Source: Sedimentisphaerales bacterium (GTDB taxonomy: Bacteria > Planctomycetota > Phycisphaerae > Sedimentisphaerales > SM23-30). Taken from it: a stretch of 64,000 nucleotides of DNA. A model generated the notes under the pieces. The model ran no database searches. It saw only the letters and a list, made by a program, of their open reading frames with translations, and was not told the DNA's origin. Shown one piece after another: positions 40,969-51,299 of this stretch. The translations under genes and the position numbers were made by a program. Position 1 is the first letter of the stretch, and every line of letters starts with the position of its first letter. The DNA is taken from assembly GCA_963663805.2 (NCBI GenBank), contig CAXXMR010000027.1, positions 1-64,000 on the forward strand, written 5' to 3'.

Positions 40969-41213
40969 TTATGGTTTTTCGAGGCGTTTTACCGCCTTGA
41001 AAACCTAGTTGTACTGAACGCGTGGGTTGGTTGGGTGTTTCGAAGCGTTTTTTGGGTTGGTGTTTTGGGCGTTTTTTATGTTTCTGCGGGTATCGGCATC
41101 ATGCTTTTTGCGAGCTTTGGTCTCTTCGGCGCATACCGGTGACGTAGTCCCGAACTTTGTGGTTCATTCCGGGCGATTTTGTTCGCTGGGTCATTGTTCG
41201 ATGCTAATCACCA

Positions 41214-41738
41214 CATGCAAAGGGGGAAGCATTTGTAGAAAATATGCTAAAGGCCTCGGTTGATGAGACTACGGGGGTTGGCTTGGATGTTCATATGCTT
41301 CAGCCGGGTTTGGGTTGGGTTCCCTGGTGGCAAAGTACGGTTTATCCTGATGCTTATCAGTGGTTCCAGCAGACATATCAGGTTACTCCGGATGGTTATG
41401 GGCAATATATGCTCGCTGGTGGTGATATGTTGCCGGTATTTATTTCCGAGTGCAGAGCAAATGGGCTTATACCATTCATCTCGTATAGACTTAATGACGC
41501 TCACGGCAAAGAATATATTGATGCTGATCCAGGCACTGTTCCTCCTTGGACCGGCCATGCTCTTAGCCGATTTTACAAGGATCATCCGGAATATCGAATC
41601 GGGCCAAGTATGGATAATTGGTATCAAAGAGTTCATGACTGGTCAATAGATGCTGTTCGCCAACATAAATATGATTTTATTGAAGAAATATGTCAAAATT
41701 ATGACATTGACGGCCTTGAACTTGATTTTATGCGTAAC
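41214..41738 (+). pseudogene. Internal fragment of a glycoside-hydrolase-like (GHL10/YddW-type) TIM-barrel gene
   Basis: FISYRLNDAH, FYKDHPEY, YDIDGLELDFMR; bounded on the left by an IS21-like end (GCTAATCACCA, 41203..41213) and on the right by a second IS21. Confidence 0.65.
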
Positions 41739-41835
41739 TGTCAATGGGCGCTTGAAAACCGGCCAGGTTGGGGCGCTGCAAAACCGGCCACTTTGATTAT
41801 GGGTTTATAAATGTTGGTGGGGGTTTTTGCAAGGG

Positions 41836-42600
41836 TTAATCTTCTTTTTTTGGATTTTCGGGGTCGGATTGCTTTTTCTTGTTTTTCAGACGATAGCTTC
41901 TGCCGGTGATTTGGACTATTTCGGAATGATGCAGGAAGCGGTCCAGGATGGCGGTGGCTGAGGGCACATCGCCCAGAAGTTTGCCCCAATCTTCCAGCGG
42001 GCGGTTACTGGTCATGATTGTCGAACGGACTTCATATCTTTGCATGATCACTTCAAAAAGATACTCGCCGCTGTTTCGGGGCAATTGTTTCATGCCCATG
42101 TCATCGATTATCAGCAGGTCGGGTTTCAGATACTTCGCCAAAACTTTGTCTATCTGTCCCAAAGCTTCATCCTGCATAAAATCGCGTACCAGATCGAAGA
42201 TCGAACGATAGCGAACCGTATGGCCGTTCTTAATTGCCTGATAACCCAAAGCCTGGGCCAAATGACTTTTGCCGGTGCCGGGTGGTCCCAGGAATAATAT
42301 ATCGTTGCCCTGACGGATAAATTTGCAACAGGCAAAATCGTAGATCTGTTTTCGTTTAATGGTATTGTTGAACTGCCAGTCGAAATCTTCCAGGGTTTTT
42401 AATTCTCGAAACCCGGCCTGCTTAATTCTTCTCTGCATGAGTCTTTCATCTCTAATGAGAAGTTCATCCTGCAAAATCAGTTCTAAAAACTGATCGTATG
42501 AAAGCTGATTACCTACCGCTTCCTGGATACGAATTTCCAGCGAAGATGCCAGGCCGGACAATCGTAATTTCCTTAACGATGTTAACAATGATTCCTGCAT
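41836..42600 (-). CDS. istB: IS21 helper ATPase IstB
   Basis: GPPGTGKS, LIIDDMG, AILDRFLHH; ATG 42600 with GGAG RBS. Confidence 0.92.
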   Translation of the reverse strand: MQESLLTSLRKLRLSGLASSLEIRIQEAVGNQLSYDQFLELILQDELLIRDERLMQRRIKQAGFRELKTLEDFDWQFNNTIKRKQIYDFACCKFIRQGNDILFLGPPGTGKSHLAQALGYQAIKNGHTVRYRSIFDLVRDFMQDEALGQIDKVLAKYLKPDLLIIDDMGMKQLPRNSGEYLFEVIMQRYEVRSTIMTSNRPLEDWGKLLGDVPSATAILDRFLHHSEIVQITGRSYRLKNKKKQSDPENPKKED

Positions 42601-42725
42601 GTTTGTGCTCCTTGATTTGAAGGTTAGTAAAACAAATATTCCGTTTTCCCTTCTCGCCCAAAGGTGGAGGTTAAATGGCGGGGTTTGGGGCCGGCCCCAA
42701 GTAAAAATAGTTGCCGCAGGCATCC

Positions 42726-44336
42726 TTAATATTCATGATCTCCAAATGTTGTCAAAGTGACAAATTCCTGATAATCGCTCATATCACGAATAATCGGATG
42801 TTCATCGATAAAGTTCATCATCTGCTGGTCCGGGATATCCTGATCTAATATTTTTTGAATAGTTTGCAACCGCCAGGCTCCGTGATTGAGGGCTTTACGA
42901 CAGGCATCATCTATTTGCTTAGGCGAATACGTGCCGCTCAGGCTCAATAGACCTAATATAGCTCTTTGGCCGGTTACGCCCCGGATTTCAAATAACTGCT
43001 TGGCCCAACGATGACTATGCTTACCGAGCAAAGCTGTTCTTTGGATCAGCCATTGGGCACCTTTTTCAATTTGGCTTTGTTTATGGGGATGGATATGCTG
43101 CTGGTTAGTCTGAAATCTGCCCGGTTCAACTTTGCTGTGCAGAGCGATCTGTTCCATTTTATGGTTGAATACCCGAACCAGACGGCTGTCCCAACGCACC
43201 CATACTTGATGACCCACAAATTCCGGCGGAACCGAATAGTATGATTTATCAACTTCGACATGGCCATCGCGATGAACACTGCGTTTGCCTTCGTTAAAGG
43301 ACGGGAAATAACTTTCCGGCAAAGATTTCAAGGCCGGCTTTTCGATTTCCAGAAAAACCTTCTCGACCTGCTGACGGGTAGTACCGTGAATACGTTTGTC
43401 TGCAATGCTCTTTTCCCAATGCAGAAGATGGGCGTTCTGCTGATTAAGGCAATCAAAATCTCGGCCTTTAAGAGCATTGGACTTAACATAATTTATACCA
43501 TTCTCGACTTTGCCTTTGTGACGAGGCATATATGGTTTAGTGGGCAGGATGGCGGTACCGTAATGAACATAAAAAGATTGAACCTTGGGTACGACCTCCG
43601 GATCATACCAGTCTGCCCGCGTTACCGCCGCCTTGAGATTGTCAATTACAATGGTTTGCGGCACCCCGCCGAAATACCAGAAGGCCTTTTCCAGACAACG
43701 CAAAAAACTATCGGTACTCTGATGGAATACCGTTTCACTGTAGGCTTTGCGGGAACAACTCAGGACGATCCGGAAGACGTAACTTCTTTTGCGTTTGCCG
43801 TTGGGCAGAGGAATATATCGGGCAGTACCGAAATCAATCTGAGCTTCCAGACCTGGCGAACATTCCAGACGCCGAAAAGGCAGAGGATTGGTGTGCCGCA
43901 GCTTGCCAACGTAACGCCGTACACTGTAGTAGCTGCCGGTGAAATTATGGTCCGCTGCCAGATCCTGGTAAATTCGCTGAGCAGAGAGTTCCTGCTGAAC
44001 CATCGGGACGATCAATTCGTGGTATTGGACACATTGACTGGTAGAACCGGGCGGAATCGAGATAGAATCGACCTCAGAGCCGGGGGACGCCTTGGCCGGT
44101 TTTGAATCCCCCAGGGGCGCCCCGTACGGAGCAGATGCCGCCTGCCTGTCGACTGGCTTAGTCGATTCGCCTTCGGAAGGCCCGTCATCGTTGCCTGGCA
44201 CCTCACGAAGCCGCCAATACCGGGCCACCGTCTCCCTGTGAATGCCTAACTCCCGTTCAATACGACGGTTAGACCAGCCACGATCCTTGAGTTGTAATAC
44301 CGTTTGTACCTGTGCCATCGTCAAATAGTTCGCCAT
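42726..44336 (-). CDS. istA: IS21 transposase IstA
   Basis: EAQIDFG, IDNLKAAV, HKGKVE, HGTT. Confidence 0.92.
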   Translation of the reverse strand: MANYLTMAQVQTVLQLKDRGWSNRRIERELGIHRETVARYWRLREVPGNDDGPSEGESTKPVDRQAASAPYGAPLGDSKPAKASPGSEVDSISIPPGSTSQCVQYHELIVPMVQQELSAQRIYQDLAADHNFTGSYYSVRRYVGKLRHTNPLPFRRLECSPGLEAQIDFGTARYIPLPNGKRKRSYVFRIVLSCSRKAYSETVFHQSTDSFLRCLEKAFWYFGGVPQTIVIDNLKAAVTRADWYDPEVVPKVQSFYVHYGTAILPTKPYMPRHKGKVENGINYVKSNALKGRDFDCLNQQNAHLLHWEKSIADKRIHGTTRQQVEKVFLEIEKPALKSLPESYFPSFNEGKRSVHRDGHVEVDKSYYSVPPEFVGHQVWVRWDSRLVRVFNHKMEQIALHSKVEPGRFQTNQQHIHPHKQSQIEKGAQWLIQRTALLGKHSHRWAKQLFEIRGVTGQRAILGLLSLSGTYSPKQIDDACRKALNHGAWRLQTIQKILDQDIPDQQMMNFIDEHPIIRDMSDYQEFVTLTTFGDHEY

Positions 44337-44454
44337 TTTGTGCCTCTGATAACCTGAGTTTTTACCCAGATTAACAAAGACAAACATTTCAACTATTCAA
44401 TTTTGGCCGGTTTTCAAGCGCCCCTCATTGGCCGGTTTTGAGCGCCCCTTGACA

Positions 44455-45521
44455 CCCGGCATCATGGCACTTGTGGCGAGACCACAGAGTTTTTGTCCCT
44501 TGGGCTACAATTCAAAACTGGGTTGAGGCGACGGGGAAAAAAAGCTGAGCAACGAATTACAACTGAGTACCTTGATGGTGTTCTGGCTGATTTCTCCGGC
44601 TATATTGCAGCGGACGAATTATATGATGGGCCATTCTGCGTCTTATCCATAGTGGATAACCACACCTTCAAACGGCTCATCTACGAGGTTCTTGACCATA
44701 ATCCCACTCATGAAGATATAACAAACTTTTCCTTTCGGTTTCGGACCGAACTGGTACAAAGAACGCTGACATTACGGGGTGTTACGACCGACGGCTCGCC
44801 TTTATATCCGGAGCCATTGGCGCTGATATTTCCTGACGCTGCTCATCAGGTGTGCGAATTTCATGTCCTCAAGGAGATCAACAGAGAAATACTCAAAGCT
44901 GTTACGAAAGTACGACGAGAGCTCAAGGCAAAGTTGCCCAAGCTGAAACGTGGCCGTCCATCGTCTTCTTCCGCGAAGAAAGCGGCATCACGCAAGAAGA
45001 AACAGGAAAAGAAAATTGCCGATCTGTTTGAGCACAGATATTTATTTGTACAACATTCATTGAGTTCGAAGGATAAGAAGAAGTTTTTGCATATAACCAG
45101 AGGCTTGCCAAACCTGAGAAATTTACGCTCGATCATGGATCAGGTTTATCGTCTTTTTGACCGTCGTTGTCGAACGGAAACGGCATTGGAAAAGTTGGCT
45201 GTGTTACGCCGGCGAATTGGGCGATTCAAAACCTTGCGACAGACTCTTAAGAAATTGTTCACCCCCAATATCGAAAAGGCGTTGACCTTCCTTGATGATT
45301 CACAACTGCCGTCAACGTCCAACGCGGTTGAACGGGGCTATCGCCGCCATCGAAAAATGCAGAAGAGTGTCTATCGAGTGCGAACTCAAACCAATATCAG
45401 CCAGCGGGTGGCTATTGATATGCAGCGTGACGAGCAGTCCCAAGGCCGTTTACGAACTACAACAACACTTCATGAAGAAAGGACTGGAATGCTATGTTGC
45501 CGGTAAAGATGCTACAGAGTC
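44455..45521 (+). mobile_element. 5'-truncated second copy of the Mutator-like IS
   Basis: Reverse complement of 27444..~28510; begins abruptly at the IS21 end; ends ATGCTACAGAGTC. Confidence 0.88.
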
Positions 45522-45541
45522 ATAATTTTTTCAAATTATCT

Positions 45542-47132
45542 GTAACACTTTAGCCAAGTGAAGCAGAGAACTCCGCGAGTTTTGGCAATTTGCCGGTTTT
45601 GATGTATGTTCGCAGGGCTTTTTTGATGGTAGCAACCGGGTTTAGGCCGCGTTGTTTCAGGGTAAAAAACACGCTCATCAGCACCGATTGCGTTCGGGCT
45701 CCACGGTCGCTGCGGTTGTTATAGCTGTTCTTTCGCATGATCACCGCGCCGCGAATGCTGCGTTCGCCAAAATTATTATCGAACGGCACCTCGCGATTGC
45801 TCAGAAAAGTGAACAGCTCATCATGATGGCGTTTCAAACGCTTAATCAACCGCTGAGCTTCCTTGTTCGACCACTCATGCGCGATAATAAGATCCAAGCG
45901 TTTTTCGATTCGTTGGCAGCGCCGCTGGTAAACCGTCGCATCCAGTTCATCGATGCGTTTACGCAGGCGTATCGCGTCGCGAATTAATCGTTTGAGTTTT
46001 TTGGAGAACCTCGGCCAATCGCCGCTGTGGTCTTTGGCTTTCCAGACTCGCTCCAAATCACGCAGTAAGTGAACCAGGCACTTTTGTTTGGCGCATGACA
46101 ATACATTGTAAGCATACCAGAAGTCACTTACGAACACGCCGTTGAAACATTCTTTGATAAATTCCAAAACCACCGGCCCGGCCCGCGACTGCTCGACCGT
46201 AAAAATCGTGGCTTGATGGCTGGTAAAGCACCATAACCAATGCGTTTTACCGTTTACCCGCCAGCCGGTCTCATCGCCGTGCAGGACACCGGCTTTTTGA
46301 ATGTCCTCGATTATTTCTTCGTACCAGGCCAGGAGTATATCCGCTAAACGATGCCACATCTGGACTAATCCGCCCGGCGACATCTTAAACCGGAGATGAA
46401 AATTAAACACCTCCAGGATCTGCGCTATCGTATTGCCCAACGCAAAGTGGAGCCAGGCACACAAAACCACAATACCATTGCCAATAGATGATTTTGGCAG
46501 AGCATCGGTTACGATCGGCTCAACCGCCTTGCGACAGTTCGGACACCAGTCGCGATGAATAACATGCTTTACCGTCTCAACGCGAACATCTTCCGGGATG
46601 TCTTCGATGATTCGTTCACGTGTGCCGGAACATTTTTTCAGTTCGCCGCCGCAGTCCGGACAACATGAAGCGCGATGTTCTTCGGTACGGTCTATTTGGG
46701 TCGGCAGATTGCGGCGAGTACCTTGATGCCCTTTTTTACGGCCAAACTTTTTGCCGCGTTTTTTATCTGTTTTGTTCGGCTTGACAAAAACCGGCTTCTG
46801 ACCTGAGGGACACGAAGGATCAGCCGGACTGCCGGCAACTAACGTACCTTGTGTTTTTTCCGCTGCCAGTTTCGACAGTCTCAGCAAAACAAAAACCACC
46901 GCCTCTCTGCCTTGCTCGTAAATAAGCTCAGCCTGCTCCGCAGTCAATTCCTGCTCTAAGGCCAGGTCGGCGATAGCCTGTTCAGCATTCGGCTTCATCA
47001 TGCTGAAACTATAAACCATTACACGCAATAGCGCAAATTACCCATCTTAACATTTTAAAGTTTTTTTTGTCTTTTTTTTGCACAAGCCAACCCAAAAGCT
47101 ATAGAATTTGCTTCACTTGGCTAAAATGTTAC
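45542..47132 (-). mobile_element. IS66-family element, single-ORF type (1591 bp)
   Basis: 24-bp IR GTAACA(C/T)TTTAGCCAAGTGAAGCA; 8-bp duplication AATTATCT. Confidence 0.93.
45550..47028 (-). CDS. IS66 transposase
   Basis: CPDCGG..CPNC zinc finger, GDETGW, VSDF, QKCLVHLLR, DNNFGERSIR. Confidence 0.93.
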   Translation of the reverse strand: MRVMVYSFSMMKPNAEQAIADLALEQELTAEQAELIYEQGREAVVFVLLRLSKLAAEKTQGTLVAGSPADPSCPSGQKPVFVKPNKTDKKRGKKFGRKKGHQGTRRNLPTQIDRTEEHRASCCPDCGGELKKCSGTRERIIEDIPEDVRVETVKHVIHRDWCPNCRKAVEPIVTDALPKSSIGNGIVVLCAWLHFALGNTIAQILEVFNFHLRFKMSPGGLVQMWHRLADILLAWYEEIIEDIQKAGVLHGDETGWRVNGKTHWLWCFTSHQATIFTVEQSRAGPVVLEFIKECFNGVFVSDFWYAYNVLSCAKQKCLVHLLRDLERVWKAKDHSGDWPRFSKKLKRLIRDAIRLRKRIDELDATVYQRRCQRIEKRLDLIIAHEWSNKEAQRLIKRLKRHHDELFTFLSNREVPFDNNFGERSIRGAVIMRKNSYNNRSDRGARTQSVLMSVFFTLKQRGLNPVATIKKALRTYIKTGKLPKLAEFSASLG

Positions 47133-47324
47133 AATTATCTCAGAATTTTCCGACAGTTTTTGACCTTTTGGGTAATGTATCAATAGGAGGCTGATGTTTT
47201 TTCTCCCGGGAGTTCGCATGATGAATTTAACCTGACATGATTTTTACCAAAAAGCAATTTTTCCGCGCGACAAAATCGGCGTTATCACGGATATAACAGG
47301 TGAAGGGAATAAAGGTTTTAAGTA

Positions 47325-47525
47325 ATGACAGAAACATCAATCCAACAGAACATCGCAGATAACGCTTCCGGTCCGCGTAAGGCCAGCAGCGATTCGGGCA
47401 GTGTAGAACAGCATGCCCTGCCGGATCAGATCGCGGCGGATAAATTCCTGGAATCGAAAAAGGCTGTGGCAAAAAAAGGACTGGGTTTGAAGTTTAACAA
47501 GCTCTCGCCGGGAGGCACCATCTAA
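47325..47525 (+). CDS. Small phage protein of the type found just upstream of lambda-like portal genes
   Basis: NASGPRKASSDSGSVEQHALPDQIAADKFL; followed by a portal-like fragment; recognised from memory. Confidence 0.5.
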   Translation: MTETSIQQNIADNASGPRKASSDSGSVEQHALPDQIAADKFLESKKAVAKKGLGLKFNKLSPGGTI

Positions 47526-47530
47526 TCTTT

Positions 47531-47740
47531 ATGAAATGGTTTAAGCGTAAAAATAAGATTCAGACTCCCCGGAGTATTCCGGTTCGGTTGCGGGCCCGTT
47601 ATGACGCCGCGCAGACCACCGCCGAGAGGGCATCGGCCTGGGCCCAGTGCCGGGCATTCTCGGCGGATGCGGCCGCGAACTCGGAAGTCCGCGGTAAACT
47701 CCGCCAAGAGAGATTGTTGGCGAATGCCAAGCTTTTCTGA
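47531..47740 (+). pseudogene. N-terminal fragment of a lambda-family portal protein
   Basis: RARYDAAQTT..W....SADAAAN..VR..LR, then a premature stop. Confidence 0.55.
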
Positions 47741-47763
47741 AAATCGAATGGTACGGGGAGTGG

Positions 47764-48834
47764 TTATTTTGGCTGGTTAGATTTGCGGAACTGTTCGTAT
47801 AGTTGACCGTTGAGCAATGGCTCAACCGGCAGGGTCTGGAAGTAGATATTGCCTATGCCGCCATCGTGGGAGGAGTAGTAGCTTACATAGAGAGTCTCGT
47901 TTTCCATTACCAGCCCGGTGTAACTGCAATCTTTGCCCGCTTCAAAGCGATATAGCCTTTTCGTTTTGCCTTCCGGGGTCATTGAGAACAGGGCGCAGCC
48001 GAGTTGGGACTCCTGATAATCGCGGCTGCCAACGAGATAATTGCCGTCAGGCATGATAAGGAAACAGGGACCACCCAACCGCAAATCGGTATTGATCCAT
48101 TGCCAGTCGGTATAGGGCGGCAGGGCTTTGCCCAGGTGCGATAGGCCGAAATCCTTGTGTTTTTCCTCACGAACGAGCAGGATCATTTCGTCGCCGTCGA
48201 ACTGAATAGCGGTTTCGTTGGCGAAACCTTCGGTTTTGAGCAGTGTTAGTTGTTCCCAGATAATACCGTCGGTACTTTTAAAAAGAATCAGTTTATTTAT
48301 ACCTCTCTGGTAGCTGACCGAATAGGCGACCCCTTTGTGCCAGACTACCCGCCAGAGCCAGTCCATATAACTGACATCTTTACCGGTGAGCAGGCAAGGC
48401 AGGGCCTGGGTCCAGTTTTCGCCATCTTTACTGAAAGCAACGTGAGGCTGTCGGCGATAGATATTTCCGTCGTGGTTCCAGGTGCAGCCCATGTTGACCA
48501 TCAGTCTGCCGTCAGGCATAATGCTGAGTTTGGGGTCACGCAGGTCTTTGCCGCATTCCTTGATAAGGGCGACAGACTGCCAGGTTTTGCCTTTGTTGGT
48601 TGATTTCATAATGCGAGCCTGGCCGTAGAAAGGGTCTTTCGAGCGGGTTGTATGGCCGTTGCCTTCACGAAAAGCGACATAGAGATTGCCGTTATAGTTA
48701 ATCAAATCGGTAAAAGCAGCGTAGTTCTGGTCCCAGATTTTTTGCGGGCCATCATCTTTGGTTGTGTTATCGGCGGCGAAGGCAAGCGAGCAGGTGAGCA
48801 TGGCCGCGATTATTATGGTTGAAGACTTTTTCAT
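47764..48834 (-). CDS. Secreted sialidase-like (BNR/Asp-box) beta-propeller protein
   Basis: Signal peptide; AFTDL..FRE, STNKGKTW, DLRDPKL, SKDGENW, STDGIIW, DCSY. Confidence 0.75.
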   Translation of the reverse strand: MKKSSTIIIAAMLTCSLAFAADNTTKDDGPQKIWDQNYAAFTDLINYNGNLYVAFREGNGHTTRSKDPFYGQARIMKSTNKGKTWQSVALIKECGKDLRDPKLSIMPDGRLMVNMGCTWNHDGNIYRRQPHVAFSKDGENWTQALPCLLTGKDVSYMDWLWRVVWHKGVAYSVSYQRGINKLILFKSTDGIIWEQLTLLKTEGFANETAIQFDGDEMILLVREEKHKDFGLSHLGKALPPYTDWQWINTDLRLGGPCFLIMPDGNYLVGSRDYQESQLGCALFSMTPEGKTKRLYRFEAGKDCSYTGLVMENETLYVSYYSSHDGGIGNIYFQTLPVEPLLNGQLYEQFRKSNQPK

Positions 48835-51293
48835 TTTTGGGTCTCCTTGTTGGTATTAGTAATGGTACTTATCAATGTTGCGGTTACAACTCCGACGATA
48901 AAGGCGACGGGCATAAGCCAGAAAACGCCAATGCCCAGAATATTGTAAAACCCGATTGATACCGCTACAGCGACACTGGTTAATCCGCCGGCCAGGGTAC
49001 CGGTGACGGTTGCTTTTTTGACGAACAGGGCCATGAAGAATAATACGAACAGAGGGGCGACGAACAGATTGACGACTTTAATGACCACTTCGATTACGTT
49101 ACCCTGTACATTGCCTACGAGGAAGCTACAGGCCATGGAAAGGGCACCGATGGTGAATGAAATGAGCTGTACTTTGGATAGTGACGCTTCTTTTCTGGTT
49201 TTGCCGAAGCGTTTGATGATGTCTTCGGCGACAACTGATGCTGATGAGCTCAGCCCCGACGAAAGGCTGGACATAGCCGCGGCGAGCAGTCCCGCGGTTA
49301 CCAGCCCGGTCAGTCCGATGGGCAAGCCGACAACGATAAAGCGTGGAAACAGGGTGTCGGCGTTATCATATGTATTGGTGCCGGCCGCGAGCAGATAAGG
49401 GTGGGCCTGAAAATAAGCCAGTACCGCGATGCCGACGAACATTAGCAGGATTTGCACGATGATAGTGGTTACTGCCGAAACGGCGAAGGTTTTTCGGGCG
49501 GCCTTTACGTCTTTGGTGGCCAGGTAGCGTTGGATAGCCATCTGGTCGGAACCGGCGGTAAAAACATGCCAGGAAAAAATATAAATTATCATATTCAATA
49601 CGGTTCTGCCGCCCAGATTGATTGACCAGTCGAGTTGAGGCCAGTTTTCGGGCCAGGTTTGGGGCATCCAAGCGGAAACTGAACCGAAAGAGATGGTTAT
49701 TAGTACAAGCGTTAGTAACGCTCCGCCCAGCAGAATGATGGTTTGAATAACATCGGTGATGACCACCGCCTTGAGACCGCCGATCGAGGTATAAAGTATC
49801 GTCAATCCGCCCATGGCAGCGCAGATGAGAGGGATGTAGGAGCGGTCCACACCGAAAATGCCGATGATGGCGGTATCGACCGTGATGAATATGATTGTCG
49901 CCATCCAGAGGAAACGCAGGGACAGGAAGAAAAACGTTGCCAGCATACGGACGGGAGTGCCGAGTTTTATTTCGAGCAGTTCATAAGCACTGGTGACATT
50001 ACTCTTCATAAATTTGGGAATGAGGAACCAGCCTACAATAAAATAGATCGCAGGAAACGCCGCTAGTCCAATGAACAAGACCGGCCCATTTTTGATTGCC
50101 TCGCCGGGATAAGCCAGATAACTCAGGGCGCTGAGCATGGTGGCAAAGAATGAGAGGCCTACCATGAAAGGGTTCATGGCCCGCCCGCCGAGCAGAAAAT
50201 CTTCGGAATTTTTATTTCGGACGGAACACAGCCAGCCCACAACCAGCATAATCAGACAATACCCCGCCAGGACCACCCAGTCGAGCCATCTGAAACCGTA
50301 ATGACCTTTACGAAGCTGACAGAGTTGGGCCCAGGCGGCGGTCAGCCGAACATCAGCGTTGGTGGGATTGTCTATTTCGCCCTGTTCAGTGATAAGTGGA
50401 AATTTGTCGTCCCGGAGCTTTCGGATAACATCGGTTTCACAAACACTATCCATCAGGGCCAAGGCGATACATACTGTCCGCCTAATATTTTTATCGGGAA
50501 CAGTCGCCATCTCCAGCAATTCATCATAGAACTGCCAGTAACGCAAATCGTCAGCCAGAGGACAACAGACCAGAGCAGCAGCCAGAAGGTTCGCTCTGAC
50601 CTTTTGGTCCATATCCGTAGTAAAAATAACTTCGGCAAGCTCTGACCATTGAGCAGTGCCGAATTTTATTTTATGGAAACTCACAGCATAGGACGCAATA
50701 TTCATACGGGTCGGATTTCGAGTTAGAATTTCACGCAGAAGCATTTTGGTGGTATATGTTTTATCCTGAATCGCAAGCAGCCACGCGGTAAAGGCACTTT
50801 GGGTAATGTCATCACTATTATAAAGGCTTTGGGCGCGGGTTAACTGCCGGTCATTGAGCCGGATTTTAAGTTTCGCCAGTGTTTCGGTCGCATGGAGAAC
50901 ATCCGGTCCATCTTTATCCATAAATGCTTCGAGGATTTTGTCGATATAAATCTGACGCTGGTCGGGACGTTGATAGCATTGGGCCAGAGTACGCCAAATG
51001 CCGATGCGGTATTGCGGTTCGGTTCCGGCGGTTTCCTGCTGGTCAACAAAGATTTGCCGGATCGATTCCAGATCCTGCGGATAACCCAGAGCCAGCAGAT
51101 ATTCCGCCGCGTGGACCTTAACCCAGCCCTGCTGCGTTTGCAGGCTGTGACGTAAGATATTAAGGGCCTGTTCGCGAGGTTCGGCGTCAGCGGAATTATT
51201 TTTGTCGCTGGTATTATCGCAGCCGGACAGGGCGATGAGGGTGCAAATCAGAGCGAATATTGTTTTGACAGCTTTTGGGGTATTTTTTTTCAT
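48831..51293 (-). CDS. Sodium:solute symporter (SSS) with an N-terminal lipoprotein / alpha-helical domain
   Basis: FLLGGR.M, SAYELLE, YTSIGGLKAVVITD, DQMAIQRYL, AAAMSSLS; about 330 extra N-terminal residues beginning with an LSGC lipobox. Confidence 0.85.
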   Translation of the reverse strand: MKKNTPKAVKTIFALICTLIALSGCDNTSDKNNSADAEPREQALNILRHSLQTQQGWVKVHAAEYLLALGYPQDLESIRQIFVDQQETAGTEPQYRIGIWRTLAQCYQRPDQRQIYIDKILEAFMDKDGPDVLHATETLAKLKIRLNDRQLTRAQSLYNSDDITQSAFTAWLLAIQDKTYTTKMLLREILTRNPTRMNIASYAVSFHKIKFGTAQWSELAEVIFTTDMDQKVRANLLAAALVCCPLADDLRYWQFYDELLEMATVPDKNIRRTVCIALALMDSVCETDVIRKLRDDKFPLITEQGEIDNPTNADVRLTAAWAQLCQLRKGHYGFRWLDWVVLAGYCLIMLVVGWLCSVRNKNSEDFLLGGRAMNPFMVGLSFFATMLSALSYLAYPGEAIKNGPVLFIGLAAFPAIYFIVGWFLIPKFMKSNVTSAYELLEIKLGTPVRMLATFFFLSLRFLWMATIIFITVDTAIIGIFGVDRSYIPLICAAMGGLTILYTSIGGLKAVVITDVIQTIILLGGALLTLVLITISFGSVSAWMPQTWPENWPQLDWSINLGGRTVLNMIIYIFSWHVFTAGSDQMAIQRYLATKDVKAARKTFAVSAVTTIIVQILLMFVGIAVLAYFQAHPYLLAAGTNTYDNADTLFPRFIVVGLPIGLTGLVTAGLLAAAMSSLSSGLSSSASVVAEDIIKRFGKTRKEASLSKVQLISFTIGALSMACSFLVGNVQGNVIEVVIKVVNLFVAPLFVLFFMALFVKKATVTGTLAGGLTSVAVAVSIGFYNILGIGVFWLMPVAFIVGVVTATLISTITNTNKETQK

Positions 51294-51299
51294 ATCTCT

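Larger units (their letters stand above)
41739..44454 (-). mobile_element. Second IS21-family element (2716 bp)
   Basis: TGTCAA...TTGACA ends with reiterated GGGCGCT..AAAACCGGCCA repeats; istA and istB; flanks do not form a target duplication. Confidence 0.92.

Noticed and set aside
43260..44105. 281-aa plus-strand ORF
   Set aside because: Antisense to istA.
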